Assembly (NCBI GenBank): GCA_963737635.1
Contig: CAVTTL010000001.1
Coordinates: 2,144,001-2,208,000 of the forward strand
Direction of reading: 5' to 3'
Length of the DNA: 64,000 nucleotides
Source of the DNA: an uncultured Methanoregulaceae archaeon
Lineage (GTDB): Archaea > Halobacteriota > Methanomicrobia > Methanomicrobiales > Methanospirillaceae
Shown: positions 30,016 to 40,773 of the stretch, piece after piece
Layout: each line of letters begins with the position of its first letter
Numbering within the stretch: position 1 is the stretch's first letter
The notes under the pieces: generated by a model
The model's database searches: none
What the model was told of the DNA's origin: nothing
What the model saw: the letters and a program-made list of their open reading frames with translations, nothing else
Made by a program: the position numbers and the translations under genes

Positions 30016-30519
30016 TTAAGACTTCGCGAGCGATTCCCGGACAAATGCCGGGATATCTGCCGGTTTTCTGCTCGAAACAAGGTTCCCGTCAACCACGACT
30101 TCTTCATCAACGTACTCTGCGCCGGCATTTTTAATATCCTGCACAAGCGACATCCACCCGGTGACGCGCTTACCTTTCAGTACCTGGGCCGTGATGAGGA
30201 GCTGTGCTGCATGGCAGATGGCAAACACGGGTTTCTTTTTTGTGAAGAACTCCTTGGCAAACCGGACCGCATCAGCATCGACCCGGAGCCGGTCAGGGGA
30301 ATAGCCCCCCGGGATGAAAAGGGCATCAAAATCGTCTGCCGAGACATCACGGACTGCCTTTTCGATCTGTACCGGTGTCCCGTATTCCCCTTTCACCGTT
30401 GATCCTGCAATGAGTCCCACGTGGACGAGGGTGTGACCCGCTTTCCGGAACGCATCCGCCGGAAGCTGGTACTCTACGTCCTGGAACATGTCTGTCAGGA
30501 TCACTGCAATCTTTTTCAT
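30016..30519 (-). CDS. PfpI/DJ-1 family protein
   Basis: IPGGYSPD, AICHA, VVVDGNLVSSR. Confidence 0.92.
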   Translation of the reverse strand: MKKIAVILTDMFQDVEYQLPADAFRKAGHTLVHVGLIAGSTVKGEYGTPVQIEKAVRDVSADDFDALFIPGGYSPDRLRVDADAVRFAKEFFTKKKPVFAICHAAQLLITAQVLKGKRVTGWMSLVQDIKNAGAEYVDEEVVVDGNLVSSRKPADIPAFVRESLAKS

Positions 30520-30716
30520 TCTCGTGCCTCCCTCGTTCCAGGCCCGTCTTTGGCCCGGGATCACGTGAAGCATCCCCCTTTCCGCAGATAAAGACATTTA
30601 TCGTACTCAGTTTTTCACAGGAACTTGCCAAGGTCAATGGGTTTTTTACCTTTGAGGTTTAGTATCATCCACCGGAATCAGGTTTTTACGACAGACACGA
30701 AGCCGGAGGATTAAGG

Positions 30717-31124
30717 ATGGCTGAAAATCACCGTATCGAACAGGACGTTATAGAGGACCTGCTGGTCCGGCTCTCGGAAAAGGGCAGGAAAGGAAAGGAA
30801 GCCGCCATAGAGGCCCTTGCAGTGAGTACGGAGGATGACGGCTGGAGGCCGGACGAGCTCATCAGGCAGGGAGGGATAAAGATCGTCAAAAACATGCTGC
30901 AGGAAAAAAACCTGCATATTGTTTTTTCCACCCTGAAAATTATTATCGCCATTGCGGCCTCCGGGGAGACAGAAGTACTTATCGAAGAAGGCGTTATTGC
31001 CTGCCTCGATGCGATGCAGGATCATAAGAAGCCAGCCATCCGGGAAAAGGTCCGGGAAGCGCTCGCCCTCCTCCAGCCTGATGTAGAGGAGGTCGTGACA
31101 TCAAAACCGCAGGATGAGTACTGA
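30717..31124 (+). CDS. HEAT/ARM-repeat-like hypothetical protein
   Basis: Repeated helical pattern (LIRQGGIK.., LIEEGVIA.., IREKVREAL). Confidence 0.7.
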   Translation: MAENHRIEQDVIEDLLVRLSEKGRKGKEAAIEALAVSTEDDGWRPDELIRQGGIKIVKNMLQEKNLHIVFSTLKIIIAIAASGETEVLIEEGVIACLDAMQDHKKPAIREKVREALALLQPDVEEVVTSKPQDEY

Positions 31125-31191
31125 CCGGTGTCCCGGCGATTGTGCTGCCGTCTATGAAACGGGAGTGTGTTTTTACTCAGCAAAGAACCGT

Positions 31192-33081
31192 CTATTCCCG
31201 GTCCTGCCCGGTCATCTCCCTTATGGTCCCCATGTTTGCCGGGTGTCCTCTGTAAAGAATAAGTCCGGCATCCAAGAAAACAGGGACACGGGTTGTACCA
31301 TCGCATTTGAGGAGCCTGCACTTGTAGTTTTCAGGTGCGGCCTCACCGTTTAGCCGGCGAATAGCCCACTCAATTACCTGGCTCCTGTCCTCAGGTACGA
31401 TGAATTCATCGATGGTGTGCATGATGAAATCCGCCGGCACACCACCGAGGATGCAGGCGAATGCCGCGTTGACGTACAGGATCTGGTGAGCCTGTACAAC
31501 GAATACCCCAATCTGGCTGTGTTCGACGAGAGTCCGATATTTTTCTTCCGAGAGCCGGAGCGCTTCAGTCAGACTCTTGCGCCTAGTGATATCACGGAAT
31601 ACCACCTGGATTGAAAGTTGGCCGTCATCCATGAACGAAGTCGCCATGACCTCCACGTCGACGATCTTCCCGTCAGGCCTCACGAATTTTTCTTCAAACG
31701 GATCGACGACGGTTGTTTTCCCGCTCAGCATCACTTCCATGCGCTCTTTAACAAGAGTCCGGTAATCCGGATGGACAAAATCGAGCATCTTCTTTCCGAT
31801 AAGTTCCTCGGATGACGCCGCACCGCTGAGATCAAGTGCCGCCTGGTTTACCACGGTAACAATGCCGTTCCGGTAAACAACGACTGCATCGAACGAACGC
31901 TCGAGGAGCCTGCGATACCGTTCCTCACTGCTTTTGAGAGACTCTTCTGCCTTTTTGCGCTCTGTAATATCACGCGATATGCCAAGTACAGCCCGGACCG
32001 ATCCATCAGAGTTTTTGAGCGGCACAAGGATATGATCGTACCACCGGATCGTTCCCTGGAACTCCATTGCATTCTCACTCCGGCTTGGCTTGCCGGTGGA
32101 AAAAACCCGGTCCAGGAAATCCTTCTGTCGCTGGTTTACGTCAGAAAAGAAAAAGGATCCCCTCGCGGTACCGATAACCTCTTTATGGAGCTTTTGCAGT
32201 GAATCCGCGGCGCGCTTGTTTAGGTACTCGACCCGGTCCTCCACATTGATGACAAAGATCATATCCTCCGAAGTTTCAGCGAGGGATCGGTAGAGCTCTT
32301 CATTCTTCCTGAGCGCCTCTGCTGTCCGTTTCCGTTCGTTAATAGACCGGGTGCTTATGACGATCCCGTTTACCCCGGGGACATCTATGAGGTTGTTAGC
32401 TACCGATTCAACCCAGACGTATTCTCCATCGAATGTTCTCAACCGGTGCTCATAGGGCGTTCCCTCAAGTTTCTTTTTAAATACGTCGTTCAGAGCATTC
32501 TTGATGCATTCCCGATCTTCCGGATGAATGAAATCGAGGGGGTCCTTTCCGATAAAAAAGCCCTCGGGAGTACCAAGAATACGCGAGGCGGCCGGCGAGG
32601 TATAGAGAAGACGGCCATTCTGATCGATTATACTGATAATATCGGAGGTATTCTGGATGAGGGCCCGGAACCGCGTTTCGCTTTCTTTTAACGCTTGCGC
32701 CGATTTGCGTTGTTCCACTGATTTCTTGATTTTATGGGAAAGTTCTGCAAACTGCGATTTGAGATCGCCGCCTTTCTGCACATAAAAATCAGCGCCATTA
32801 TCGATTGCGGCAATCGCAATCTCTTCGCGTCCTCTTCCGGTGAAGATTATGAAAGGCAGATCCTGATGTTCTTTCCGGAGGCGTTTTAAGAGCTCGATAC
32901 CGTCCATTCCGGGCATCTGATAATCGGATATAATCGCGTCATAGGTACTGCCCCGTATGGTATCCAGTGCTTTTTGGGGCGAGCTTTCGGTCTCTATGGA
33001 AAATTCACCCGTTCTTTCAAGAAAATGTTTGCAGAGATCAAGAAGGGAGGGTTCGTCATCGATATACAATACTGACATCAT
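31192..33081 (-). CDS. Receiver plus four PAS domains, no kinase domain
   Basis: VLYIDDE, ISDYQMP, repeated PAS/PAC. Confidence 0.9.
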   Translation of the reverse strand: MMSVLYIDDEPSLLDLCKHFLERTGEFSIETESSPQKALDTIRGSTYDAIISDYQMPGMDGIELLKRLRKEHQDLPFIIFTGRGREEIAIAAIDNGADFYVQKGGDLKSQFAELSHKIKKSVEQRKSAQALKESETRFRALIQNTSDIISIIDQNGRLLYTSPAASRILGTPEGFFIGKDPLDFIHPEDRECIKNALNDVFKKKLEGTPYEHRLRTFDGEYVWVESVANNLIDVPGVNGIVISTRSINERKRTAEALRKNEELYRSLAETSEDMIFVINVEDRVEYLNKRAADSLQKLHKEVIGTARGSFFFSDVNQRQKDFLDRVFSTGKPSRSENAMEFQGTIRWYDHILVPLKNSDGSVRAVLGISRDITERKKAEESLKSSEERYRRLLERSFDAVVVYRNGIVTVVNQAALDLSGAASSEELIGKKMLDFVHPDYRTLVKERMEVMLSGKTTVVDPFEEKFVRPDGKIVDVEVMATSFMDDGQLSIQVVFRDITRRKSLTEALRLSEEKYRTLVEHSQIGVFVVQAHQILYVNAAFACILGGVPADFIMHTIDEFIVPEDRSQVIEWAIRRLNGEAAPENYKCRLLKCDGTTRVPVFLDAGLILYRGHPANMGTIREMTGQDRE

Positions 33082-33283
33082 GGATAAAAACGCCCGTCAT
33101 CTGATCCTGACTAAGGACTGATGAGTTTTTCAAATACTTTAAAACATACGCTCCTTTAAGGGTTCTTTTTAAATAATATCTGATGAAATCCTTAAATAAC
33201 GTTCGCTACAGCTCCTTTCAAAACATAAAGATTAATATAAAATGAAAGGGATTTCGACAAAATGTTATAAATGGCGACCGTCT

Positions 33284-35494
33284 TTATTTTCGGGTTTCGG
33301 TGAACCGGTACCCTTCTTTCGGGACAGTTATCTCAAACCGCGCACCATTTCCCGGCGAACTGTTCTCCGCTATAGTGATACCGGTGATCGAAAGGATCTC
33401 GCGGGACAAAAACAGGCCAAAACCGGTATTTTTCCCAAAACCTTTTGTAAAGAGGTGTTGTTTATCCCCCGGGGAAATCCCTATCCCGTTGTCTTCGCAG
33501 ATAATCGTAAGCCCGATTCGCGATTCCTGATGTGACACGCGGATAGTGGTCATCTGGTCGCCGCCATATCTGAGCGCGTTGTCAAAGAGGTTGTAGAACA
33601 CTTTTTCAAAAAGCGGATCTGCATATACTTTGATACCGGTGACTGTGGCAGAGACCTGAATATCCCGCATAGGCAGGATTGCAAGAGATTTCTGCAGGCA
33701 GACATAAAGGTCCTGCCAGATCGGGGCATCGCCACCCAAATCCTCATAATCCCGCGTAAAGATGAACTGGCGTTCGATCGCGGTCACGGCCTGCTCTTCC
33801 ATACCAATATACTCGCGAATCCGGGCAGCGTCGCCAAGGGATCCTTTTGAGAGTTCAAGACAGGACTTTAAGGCAAAGATCTGATTGCAGACATCATGCC
33901 GGGTTATACTAGAAAGAATTTTGAGTTTTTTGTTGGCATTGATAAAGGCATCTTCTACCCGTCGCTGGTCCGTGATGTCAACAAGAGATGCGACCGACCG
34001 TTTCGTCCCCGGGATGATATCGATAGTGAGAACAATGTTCCGGATTTCGCCGGATCGCGTCAGGAAATGGAACGTATAGTGTTTCAGTGACGACTCATTA
34101 TTTTCCCGGCGTCTCCGGTGCTGGGCAAGCATCCGGTCGAGGTCTTCCTTCACGACGGTGTCCGTCCACTTCATCTTTCCCTCTAGTTCAGATTTGGTGT
34201 ATCCCGAGAGATGTTCAAACTCTGCATTAGCAAGAGAGATAGTTGTGTCTTCATTGATGAGAACCATTGCAGTCCCGGTATTCTCAAAGACCGTCCGGTA
34301 CGCTTCCTCGCTTTCCCGGAGGGCGTCGGTGACCAACCTGATATCGGTGATGTCCTGGATTGATCCGTGACACCGGTAAGAGTCTTTACCCGGACCTTTG
34401 TAGAAACGGAGCCGCGCGATAATATGCCGGATCTTACCATCTCTCCGGACCACCCGGTGCTCCCGTTGCAGGATAATTACCGGACCCGATTCTTTTAAAA
34501 ATACTTCTTCAATAGTGGAAAACACGGTGCGGTCATCGGGATGGATAAACTCACGAATATACACCTCGGCAGGCATCAGGATGCCGCCCTCCTGCCGGGC
34601 GGTCGTTCCCAGAATGTAGTAGAACCGTTCATTAAAGGTAAACATTCGTTTCCCGATATCAAACTCCCAGTCCGCCATCCGGGCGAGATCCATTGCTTCA
34701 TAGAGGAGGTTCCGGCCTTTTTTGAGTTCTTCCTCTTTGTGGATACGATCGGTGATATCCCGACCGACTGACTGGTACTCCCGCACCTGACCGGATTCGC
34801 CGAAGATCGCCCGGTCGCTCCATTGCTGCCACCGGACCTCGCCATGCTGCATCTGGAGCGCGTGTTCCATGGTCGCTTCGGGATGTTCAACGGTAAGGGC
34901 CCCGAGATGGTCCCGGATGGCCCGTTTATCCTCGGGGGAGATGGACGGGTGGAACTTGGTTCCCAGAATCTCTTGTGCTGTTTTGGAGAAATAACGGCAA
35001 TACGCTTCGTTAACAAAGATGTGGGTCCCGTCCGGGAGGAAGCGTGAGATGAGTTCGGTCTGGGTCTCGACAACAGCCCGGTACCGGTCTTCACTTTCCC
35101 GCAAAGCCCTGACTGCCTTTCTGCGATCGATTGCGTTCCTGATCCGGTGACTCAGCTCTGCGAATTGAGCGGTCGACTCCCCACCCTTCTGGACATACGA
35201 ATCCACATCGTAATCGATGGCCTCGATAACAACTTCCTCCCTGCCCCGGCCGGTAAAGAGAATAAACGGGAGCTCGGGATGCATCGCACGAATGTATTTG
35301 AGGAACTCAATTCCGTTCATCCCGGGTATCTGGTAATCGGAGACAATGCAATCGAACGAGGTTGTTTTTAGTTTCTCGATCGCCTCCAGTGTGGAAAGCG
35401 CGGTATCGATACGAAGGAAACCGGACATTTCAAGGAACGTCCTGCCAAGATCGAGAAGGGCAGGTTCGTCGTCAATATAGAGCACAGAAAACAT
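33284..35494 (-). CDS. REC-PAS histidine kinase
   Basis: N-terminal REC, 3 PAS, ITRHDV H-box, NLFDNA, DNGIG, GFGLF. Confidence 0.92.
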   Translation of the reverse strand: MFSVLYIDDEPALLDLGRTFLEMSGFLRIDTALSTLEAIEKLKTTSFDCIVSDYQIPGMNGIEFLKYIRAMHPELPFILFTGRGREEVVIEAIDYDVDSYVQKGGESTAQFAELSHRIRNAIDRRKAVRALRESEDRYRAVVETQTELISRFLPDGTHIFVNEAYCRYFSKTAQEILGTKFHPSISPEDKRAIRDHLGALTVEHPEATMEHALQMQHGEVRWQQWSDRAIFGESGQVREYQSVGRDITDRIHKEEELKKGRNLLYEAMDLARMADWEFDIGKRMFTFNERFYYILGTTARQEGGILMPAEVYIREFIHPDDRTVFSTIEEVFLKESGPVIILQREHRVVRRDGKIRHIIARLRFYKGPGKDSYRCHGSIQDITDIRLVTDALRESEEAYRTVFENTGTAMVLINEDTTISLANAEFEHLSGYTKSELEGKMKWTDTVVKEDLDRMLAQHRRRRENNESSLKHYTFHFLTRSGEIRNIVLTIDIIPGTKRSVASLVDITDQRRVEDAFINANKKLKILSSITRHDVCNQIFALKSCLELSKGSLGDAARIREYIGMEEQAVTAIERQFIFTRDYEDLGGDAPIWQDLYVCLQKSLAILPMRDIQVSATVTGIKVYADPLFEKVFYNLFDNALRYGGDQMTTIRVSHQESRIGLTIICEDNGIGISPGDKQHLFTKGFGKNTGFGLFLSREILSITGITIAENSSPGNGARFEITVPKEGYRFTETRK

Positions 35495-35674
35495 GGGACC
35501 AAATCCCCGGCACTTGAAGCAAGTAATATGGGTTCTCATTATATTTTAAGCGACTGAAAACAGGAAAACGCTCGATTCCCCGTCGATCTAATGTATCGGG
35601 ATTATTGAAACGATGTTTCATGGCCTGCACAGTCCCGCAAGTCTTATGTGCGCTGAAACGAAGAGCACCCGAAT

Positions 35675-36355
35675 ATGGGTGAGGTTATCGATAATCCCCT
35701 ATTGCGGGAACGGCGGTTTGTTTTTTCCGACCGGCACGATGCAGGAAGACAGCTCGGAGTATTTCTCAAATCCATACCTGACCTTCGCGACCTGCTTGTC
35801 CTTGCTATCCCGGCCGGTGGTGCGCCGGTCGGCAGGGAAGTCGCACACGCGCTCACGGCCCCGCTCTCGCTTGCCATAGTGCGCAAGATACGGATTCCAG
35901 GAAGCACGGAGTCTGGATTCGGTGCCGTAACGTGGGACGGGCAGGTGCTGATCAACGAAGAACTGCGTGCCGCCCTTGATCTGTCGGCAGATGAAGTCGA
36001 ACGCGCAATTGCCGAGACCAGGGAAAATGTCAGCGAACGGGTGGCCCGGTTTACCGGGAACGGGAATCTCCCCGATTTCGAGGGGAAAACCGTAATCCTG
36101 ACCGATGACGGGCTCGCTTCAGGTTTTACGATGCTTGCCGCGATACAGAGTATCCGGCACAAGAGCCCTCTCCGGATCATCTGTGCTGTTCCCACCGGGT
36201 CGTCATCAGCTGTGCGTCTGGTCGCTGAGCACGTAGATCTGGTTGCCTGCTTAAACATCCGGAGCAGTCGGATGTTTGCTGTCGCCGATGCCTATGAAAA
36301 ATGGTATGACCTCGACGACCGGGAAGTCCTCACGGAACTCGAAGGTGTACGATGA
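35675..36355 (+). CDS. Phosphoribosyltransferase-family protein
   Basis: F.DR.DAG, VILTDDGLASGFTM. Confidence 0.88.
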   Translation: MGEVIDNPLLRERRFVFSDRHDAGRQLGVFLKSIPDLRDLLVLAIPAGGAPVGREVAHALTAPLSLAIVRKIRIPGSTESGFGAVTWDGQVLINEELRAALDLSADEVERAIAETRENVSERVARFTGNGNLPDFEGKTVILTDDGLASGFTMLAAIQSIRHKSPLRIICAVPTGSSSAVRLVAEHVDLVACLNIRSSRMFAVADAYEKWYDLDDREVLTELEGVR

Positions 36356-37527
36356 CGACCGTTTTGAACCAGTCTGCAGCGGCGCAGGACCTTATGCGGG
36401 ACTTTGCGGAGCTGACCGGGCTTGACCCCACCAGCAGCCATCCCAGGCGCTATCTCTGGACAGATGCATTTGCGGTCTGTAATTACCTGGGCTTTTTTGA
36501 AGCAACCGGTAACGCCGCTTTCCGGGACCTGGCCCTGCACCTTGTAAGACAGGTACACGGCACGCTTGGCCGGCACCGGGACGACGATACGCGGGGGGGC
36601 TGGATTAGCGGCCTCTTATCCAAAGAGGGTGAGATGCACCCTACCGCCGGGGGCCTGCGGATCGGAAAAATGCTTCCTGAGCGCAGCCTGGCCGAAGAAG
36701 ACGACGATCGGGAATGGGACCGGGACGGGCAATACTACCACTACCTGACCAAATGGATGCATGCACTCAACCGGGTGAGCAGGGTGACCGGTAACCAGGA
36801 CTGTTTCAGCTGGGCAGTCGAGCTCGCATGCACTGCCCATGCCCGGTTCACGTACTTCCCTCCGGGGGGTCGTACAAAACGCATGTACTGGAAGATGAGT
36901 GTGGATCTCACCCGTCCGCTTGTGCTCTCCATGGGCCAGCATGACCCCCTCGATGGTTTTGTTACGTATAATGAGCTGCAGCTGGCGGCGTCCCGGAGAA
37001 CCGGCTTTAGCCGGGAGCAGGTCCTTACCAGCGAGATCGCGGACATGGACGGGATCTGCCGGGGTATGGACATGGCAACGGACGATCCTCTCGGTATCGG
37101 GGGCCTCCTGTGCGACGCGTTGCGGATCACGTTACTTGGAGCCCGGGGAGGGCCGGTATATCCCGGCCTGCTCGAAACCGTTCTTGGTTCGGCGCTTACC
37201 GGTCTTACCTCCTTTGAGAGATCCGGTCTCCTTGCGGCGCCGGCCCGGTACCGGCTTGCGTTTCGCGAGCTCGGCCTCTCAATCGGCCTTGCAGCAGTCG
37301 AGATGCTGCCGGACCATATCAGGGAAAACTCTGAGGGATTCGCTGGGAGGGAATCCCTGCAGCACAAGGTGCAGGCTATCCGGGACTATATGCCGCTCCG
37401 CGAAGAGATCGAAGGGTTCTGGCTTGAAGAAAAGAACAGGAAGGCTGGCAGCTGGAGGGATCACCGGGAGATTAACCTGGTGATGCTTGCCACCAGTCTC
37501 GCACCGGCCGGATTTTTGGGATTTTGA
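36352..37527 (+). CDS. Hypothetical protein (391 aa)
   Basis: Coupled to PRTase (ATGA); motif-like RYLWTDAFAV, DGQYYHYLTKW, RLAFRELGL. Confidence 0.8.
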   Translation: MTTVLNQSAAAQDLMRDFAELTGLDPTSSHPRRYLWTDAFAVCNYLGFFEATGNAAFRDLALHLVRQVHGTLGRHRDDDTRGGWISGLLSKEGEMHPTAGGLRIGKMLPERSLAEEDDDREWDRDGQYYHYLTKWMHALNRVSRVTGNQDCFSWAVELACTAHARFTYFPPGGRTKRMYWKMSVDLTRPLVLSMGQHDPLDGFVTYNELQLAASRRTGFSREQVLTSEIADMDGICRGMDMATDDPLGIGGLLCDALRITLLGARGGPVYPGLLETVLGSALTGLTSFERSGLLAAPARYRLAFRELGLSIGLAAVEMLPDHIRENSEGFAGRESLQHKVQAIRDYMPLREEIEGFWLEEKNRKAGSWRDHREINLVMLATSLAPAGFLGF

Positions 37528-37547
37528 AAGAATTCCTTCCACCTGCA

Positions 37548-38972
37548 TCAGCCTTGTTTTTCCTTCCGGCCGGGGAAACGGTACGCCCCTCTGGGGATGA
37601 TAATCTCAAACCGGGCACCCTTTCCGGGGGTCCCGGTCTCCCGTATGGTAATACCGGTGATCTCGAGGATTTCCCGGGCAAGGAAGAGCCCGATAGATCT
37701 CGTTTTCTGGAAATCCGGTGAAAAGATCCGGTCCCTGATCGTGTCGGTAATCCCTACACCATCGTCTTCAAAGAAGATGGTGACTGCTTCCGCATCTTCA
37801 GTATACCGCAACGTCACCTGCGTGGCCGTCTTCCCATGAACAAGAGTATTATCGGCAAGAATCACTAGGACCTGCTCAAGCAGCGGATCGGAAAAGATCT
37901 CAAGGCCATCCAGCTGGATCACGTGTTTCATCGTGAGGAAATCCAGGTGAGAGATTGCCAGAAGGAAAACCTGCTTCACATCCTGCCAGAGCGGTGGCTT
38001 GAGTCCGAGATTCTGGTAAGCCTGTGCAAATTTCAGGGACTGGGAGATTTGGTTCAGAAGTTCTTCTTCTTTTACAAAAACTGAACGCACTGGGCTTTCT
38101 GTTATCCGGTCCTTTACGAACTGCTGGAATCCCCAGAGAGTGAAGAGCGCATTCTGGATCTCGTTGAACGTGACATAGTTTAGGAGATGCAGTTTCTTCT
38201 TTGCCTGATCGAGGGCTTTTTGCTCCTGCATCCGTTCACTGATATCCCTGACCACGTGGATGGCACTTACCAGATTTCCGGTACTGTCAAAGACCGGGTC
38301 CACGGTGACCTGGAGCCAGCCTTTTCCCTTCGGCTTCGGCATATCCATAGTCTCCCTTTGCCTGCTTTCAAGCATCCTGATCCGTGGACATTCCGTGGTC
38401 GGGCACGAAGTGCCATGGACAAGCTCAAAACAGTTCCTGCCGATGGCTTGGTCAGCGGGGATGCCCACCAGAGATTCGATCCCGCGGTTCGTTTTGAGGA
38501 TCCGGCCATCCGGGGAGATCAGGCTGACCCAGTCAGATATGGCGTTATAGGTCGTTTCCCATTCAGCCTTGCCGCGCGCAAGATCTTCATACTGGATCCG
38601 CAGTTCATCTTCCCGGGCCCGGATCTGTTCGTTGGAGACCCGCAGCTCTTCACTCTTTTCCTGCCACTGGCGGGTGAAGTGCCGGATAAGCACGAAGAGA
38701 AGGAGCGCCATGACAAGGATAAAAATAATGCCTTTTACTGACTGGAGTATGGCGTACTCTCTTTCATCTGGGACAAGCGCGAGAAGTACCCAGTCTGAGC
38801 AGAGGATCCAGATGAAGCCCAAAACAAGGTAAATAAGGGCTATTTTCAGTGGGTCCAGGGTAAAGATCCGGTCCTTGTGAAACCACGAAGAGATCGTTTG
38901 AGTGACTGAAGTATCCTTTTCCGGCACATGAGACTCCATATCCGGCCCCCCCGATGTTCGGTACGTCATCAT
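37548..38972 (-). CDS. 2-TM PAS histidine-kinase-like protein lacking the phosphoacceptor His
   Basis: VTFNEIQN where the paralog has ITRHDV; HATPase DDGVG, GLFL, GARFEI retained. Confidence 0.85.
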   Translation of the reverse strand: MMTYRTSGGPDMESHVPEKDTSVTQTISSWFHKDRIFTLDPLKIALIYLVLGFIWILCSDWVLLALVPDEREYAILQSVKGIIFILVMALLLFVLIRHFTRQWQEKSEELRVSNEQIRAREDELRIQYEDLARGKAEWETTYNAISDWVSLISPDGRILKTNRGIESLVGIPADQAIGRNCFELVHGTSCPTTECPRIRMLESRQRETMDMPKPKGKGWLQVTVDPVFDSTGNLVSAIHVVRDISERMQEQKALDQAKKKLHLLNYVTFNEIQNALFTLWGFQQFVKDRITESPVRSVFVKEEELLNQISQSLKFAQAYQNLGLKPPLWQDVKQVFLLAISHLDFLTMKHVIQLDGLEIFSDPLLEQVLVILADNTLVHGKTATQVTLRYTEDAEAVTIFFEDDGVGITDTIRDRIFSPDFQKTRSIGLFLAREILEITGITIRETGTPGKGARFEIIIPRGAYRFPGRKEKQG

Positions 38973-39116
38973 CGGTGAATAATACCTACTTCAGTACACC
39001 TAATAAGATTGCCGTTTTAATCCGGGATCTTTTATATGAAGATGTTTTTTCTCTGCCTTTGAGCAGGTATACCACAAAAAGAGTGGTTAATCCCTGATTT
39101 TCGGATCAAAGACCGC

Positions 39117-39542
39117 CTATTGCCGGTGTCCCCTTTTGAGGCTTTTGCACCGGTTGAAATACGTTTCGCCCCAGACCCAGGGCTGGTATGTGCAGCACAT
39201 CTCGGGTTTGATTGTATGGATCCCGCAGAGATACCGTTCTTTTGCGACCCGGCGCAGGAACGGGCAGGCTGTGACATACCCGCCGGTCTCCGGGTCGCGC
39301 ATCTCAAAGACCACCACATTCCCAAGATCGCAGGCGGCGAGGTTAATACAGTTGACCGGTGTACTGCCATTCTCGAGAAAAGCGACAAACCAGCGCAGGA
39401 TATCGGTCCGCCCCTGTTCGATCCAGGTATATACATTTGCGACAGTCGGTGCTATACCAGGGCCGAAGATCCGGCAGCAGAGCCCGCACTGTTCGCAGGG
39501 CTCCACTTCGGAGATAGGGTCATCCATCGTGCTTCCTTCCAC
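39117..39542 (-). CDS. YkgJ-family Cys-cluster protein
   Basis: CEQCGLCC, CPFL, CGIH..KP..C..Y. Confidence 0.85.
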   Translation of the reverse strand: MEGSTMDDPISEVEPCEQCGLCCRIFGPGIAPTVANVYTWIEQGRTDILRWFVAFLENGSTPVNCINLAACDLGNVVVFEMRDPETGGYVTACPFLRRVAKERYLCGIHTIKPEMCCTYQPWVWGETYFNRCKSLKRGHRQ

Positions 39543-39623
39543 TATTCACCACTGATGGATAAGAGTTTGCCGACAGGGTGACAGAAATGTAATGGGTGAT
39601 TCCCGAAGGAAGAATGCCCTGTT

Positions 39624-40580
39624 TTACCCATAATTGGTGATCACCAGTTCGTTTACCGGGCCGCGCCGGGCCCCATTGCAGTTGATCGTCCGCCTCGCTG
39701 GCACCCGCCGGATGGAAAAGCCCCCGTACAGCTCATCAAAAAAGGAGTCCCCGGGATCGGAGTTGCTCAGCATAACCATCGCATCTTTCCGGTCCAGATC
39801 CCGGAAAAATTTTGCAAGGCGTATCTGATCGGATTCGGAGAACCCGTTGCGGGAATAGGAAGTAAAGGAGGATGTCGTGTTGAGCGGGCGGTAAGGAGGG
39901 TCGAGATACACGAAGGTCCGGTCGTCAACAGCGCTCCTGCACCGGGTGAAATCGCCGCACATGATCCGGGAGTTTTTAAGCAGTGCTTCGACTTTTCCCA
40001 GGTTATCAGCATTGAGGATCTCCGGGTTGCGATACTGCCCGAACGGGACATTGAAGCCGCCACTCCGGTTGACGCGGAACAAGCCGTTGTAACAGGTATG
40101 GTTGAGAAAAATAATCTGTGCCGCACGCTTAACCCACCGTTTATGGTAATGTCCGAAATTGACTGCCGCAAGGTCCTCGTTGAATGCTGACCGGACCTCA
40201 TAATAATACGCTTCCTGTTGCGAACCGTTCTTTGCATGGTACACAGACTCAAGCAGTGCCAGCTCTTTGATAAGCTGGGGGAGAGACGTCCGGATTACCC
40301 GGTAGGTCAGGATCAACTCCTCGTTAATATCGCAAAGGGTACATGTTTCAAACGGGAATATCCGGTTCAGAGAGAAAAATACTGCACCGCCTCCAATGAA
40401 CGGCTCGACATACCGGGTGATCGTCCTGTCGTTTAATACTGTGGGTGGCAGGTATCGGGCAAACTCGCCAAGTAACTGTGATTTTCCCCCGGCCCATTTC
40501 AGGAAAGGCCGTGCCCCGGGACTCCGGTCGTCTGAGTGTACCATAGGGATCGTTTGCACCGCGCTTCTATCAGGTATCAC
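39624..40580 (-). CDS. dam: Dam-family (D12 class) N6-adenine DNA methyltransferase
   Basis: PFLKWAGGK, YVEPFIGGG, YNGLFRVN..G.FNVPFG, YLDPPY. Confidence 0.9.
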   Translation of the reverse strand: MIPDRSAVQTIPMVHSDDRSPGARPFLKWAGGKSQLLGEFARYLPPTVLNDRTITRYVEPFIGGGAVFFSLNRIFPFETCTLCDINEELILTYRVIRTSLPQLIKELALLESVYHAKNGSQQEAYYYEVRSAFNEDLAAVNFGHYHKRWVKRAAQIIFLNHTCYNGLFRVNRSGGFNVPFGQYRNPEILNADNLGKVEALLKNSRIMCGDFTRCRSAVDDRTFVYLDPPYRPLNTTSSFTSYSRNGFSESDQIRLAKFFRDLDRKDAMVMLSNSDPGDSFFDELYGGFSIRRVPARRTINCNGARRGPVNELVITNYG

Positions 40581-40773
40581 GCTAATCGGTTATCATACCT
40601 CGGCATCCGGACTAAAAAAACCAACAATTGCGCATCCGGCCAACGCTCCCGGAAGTAGAGGGTACTGTTCGAGATCGTTTTTAACCCATTAAATACAGAC
40701 AAGGGAATACGAGGTTTGCAAAGGTGGGGGGATAACATTTTTGAGCCAAAAGACCGGTCCACAGCCGTCAGGA

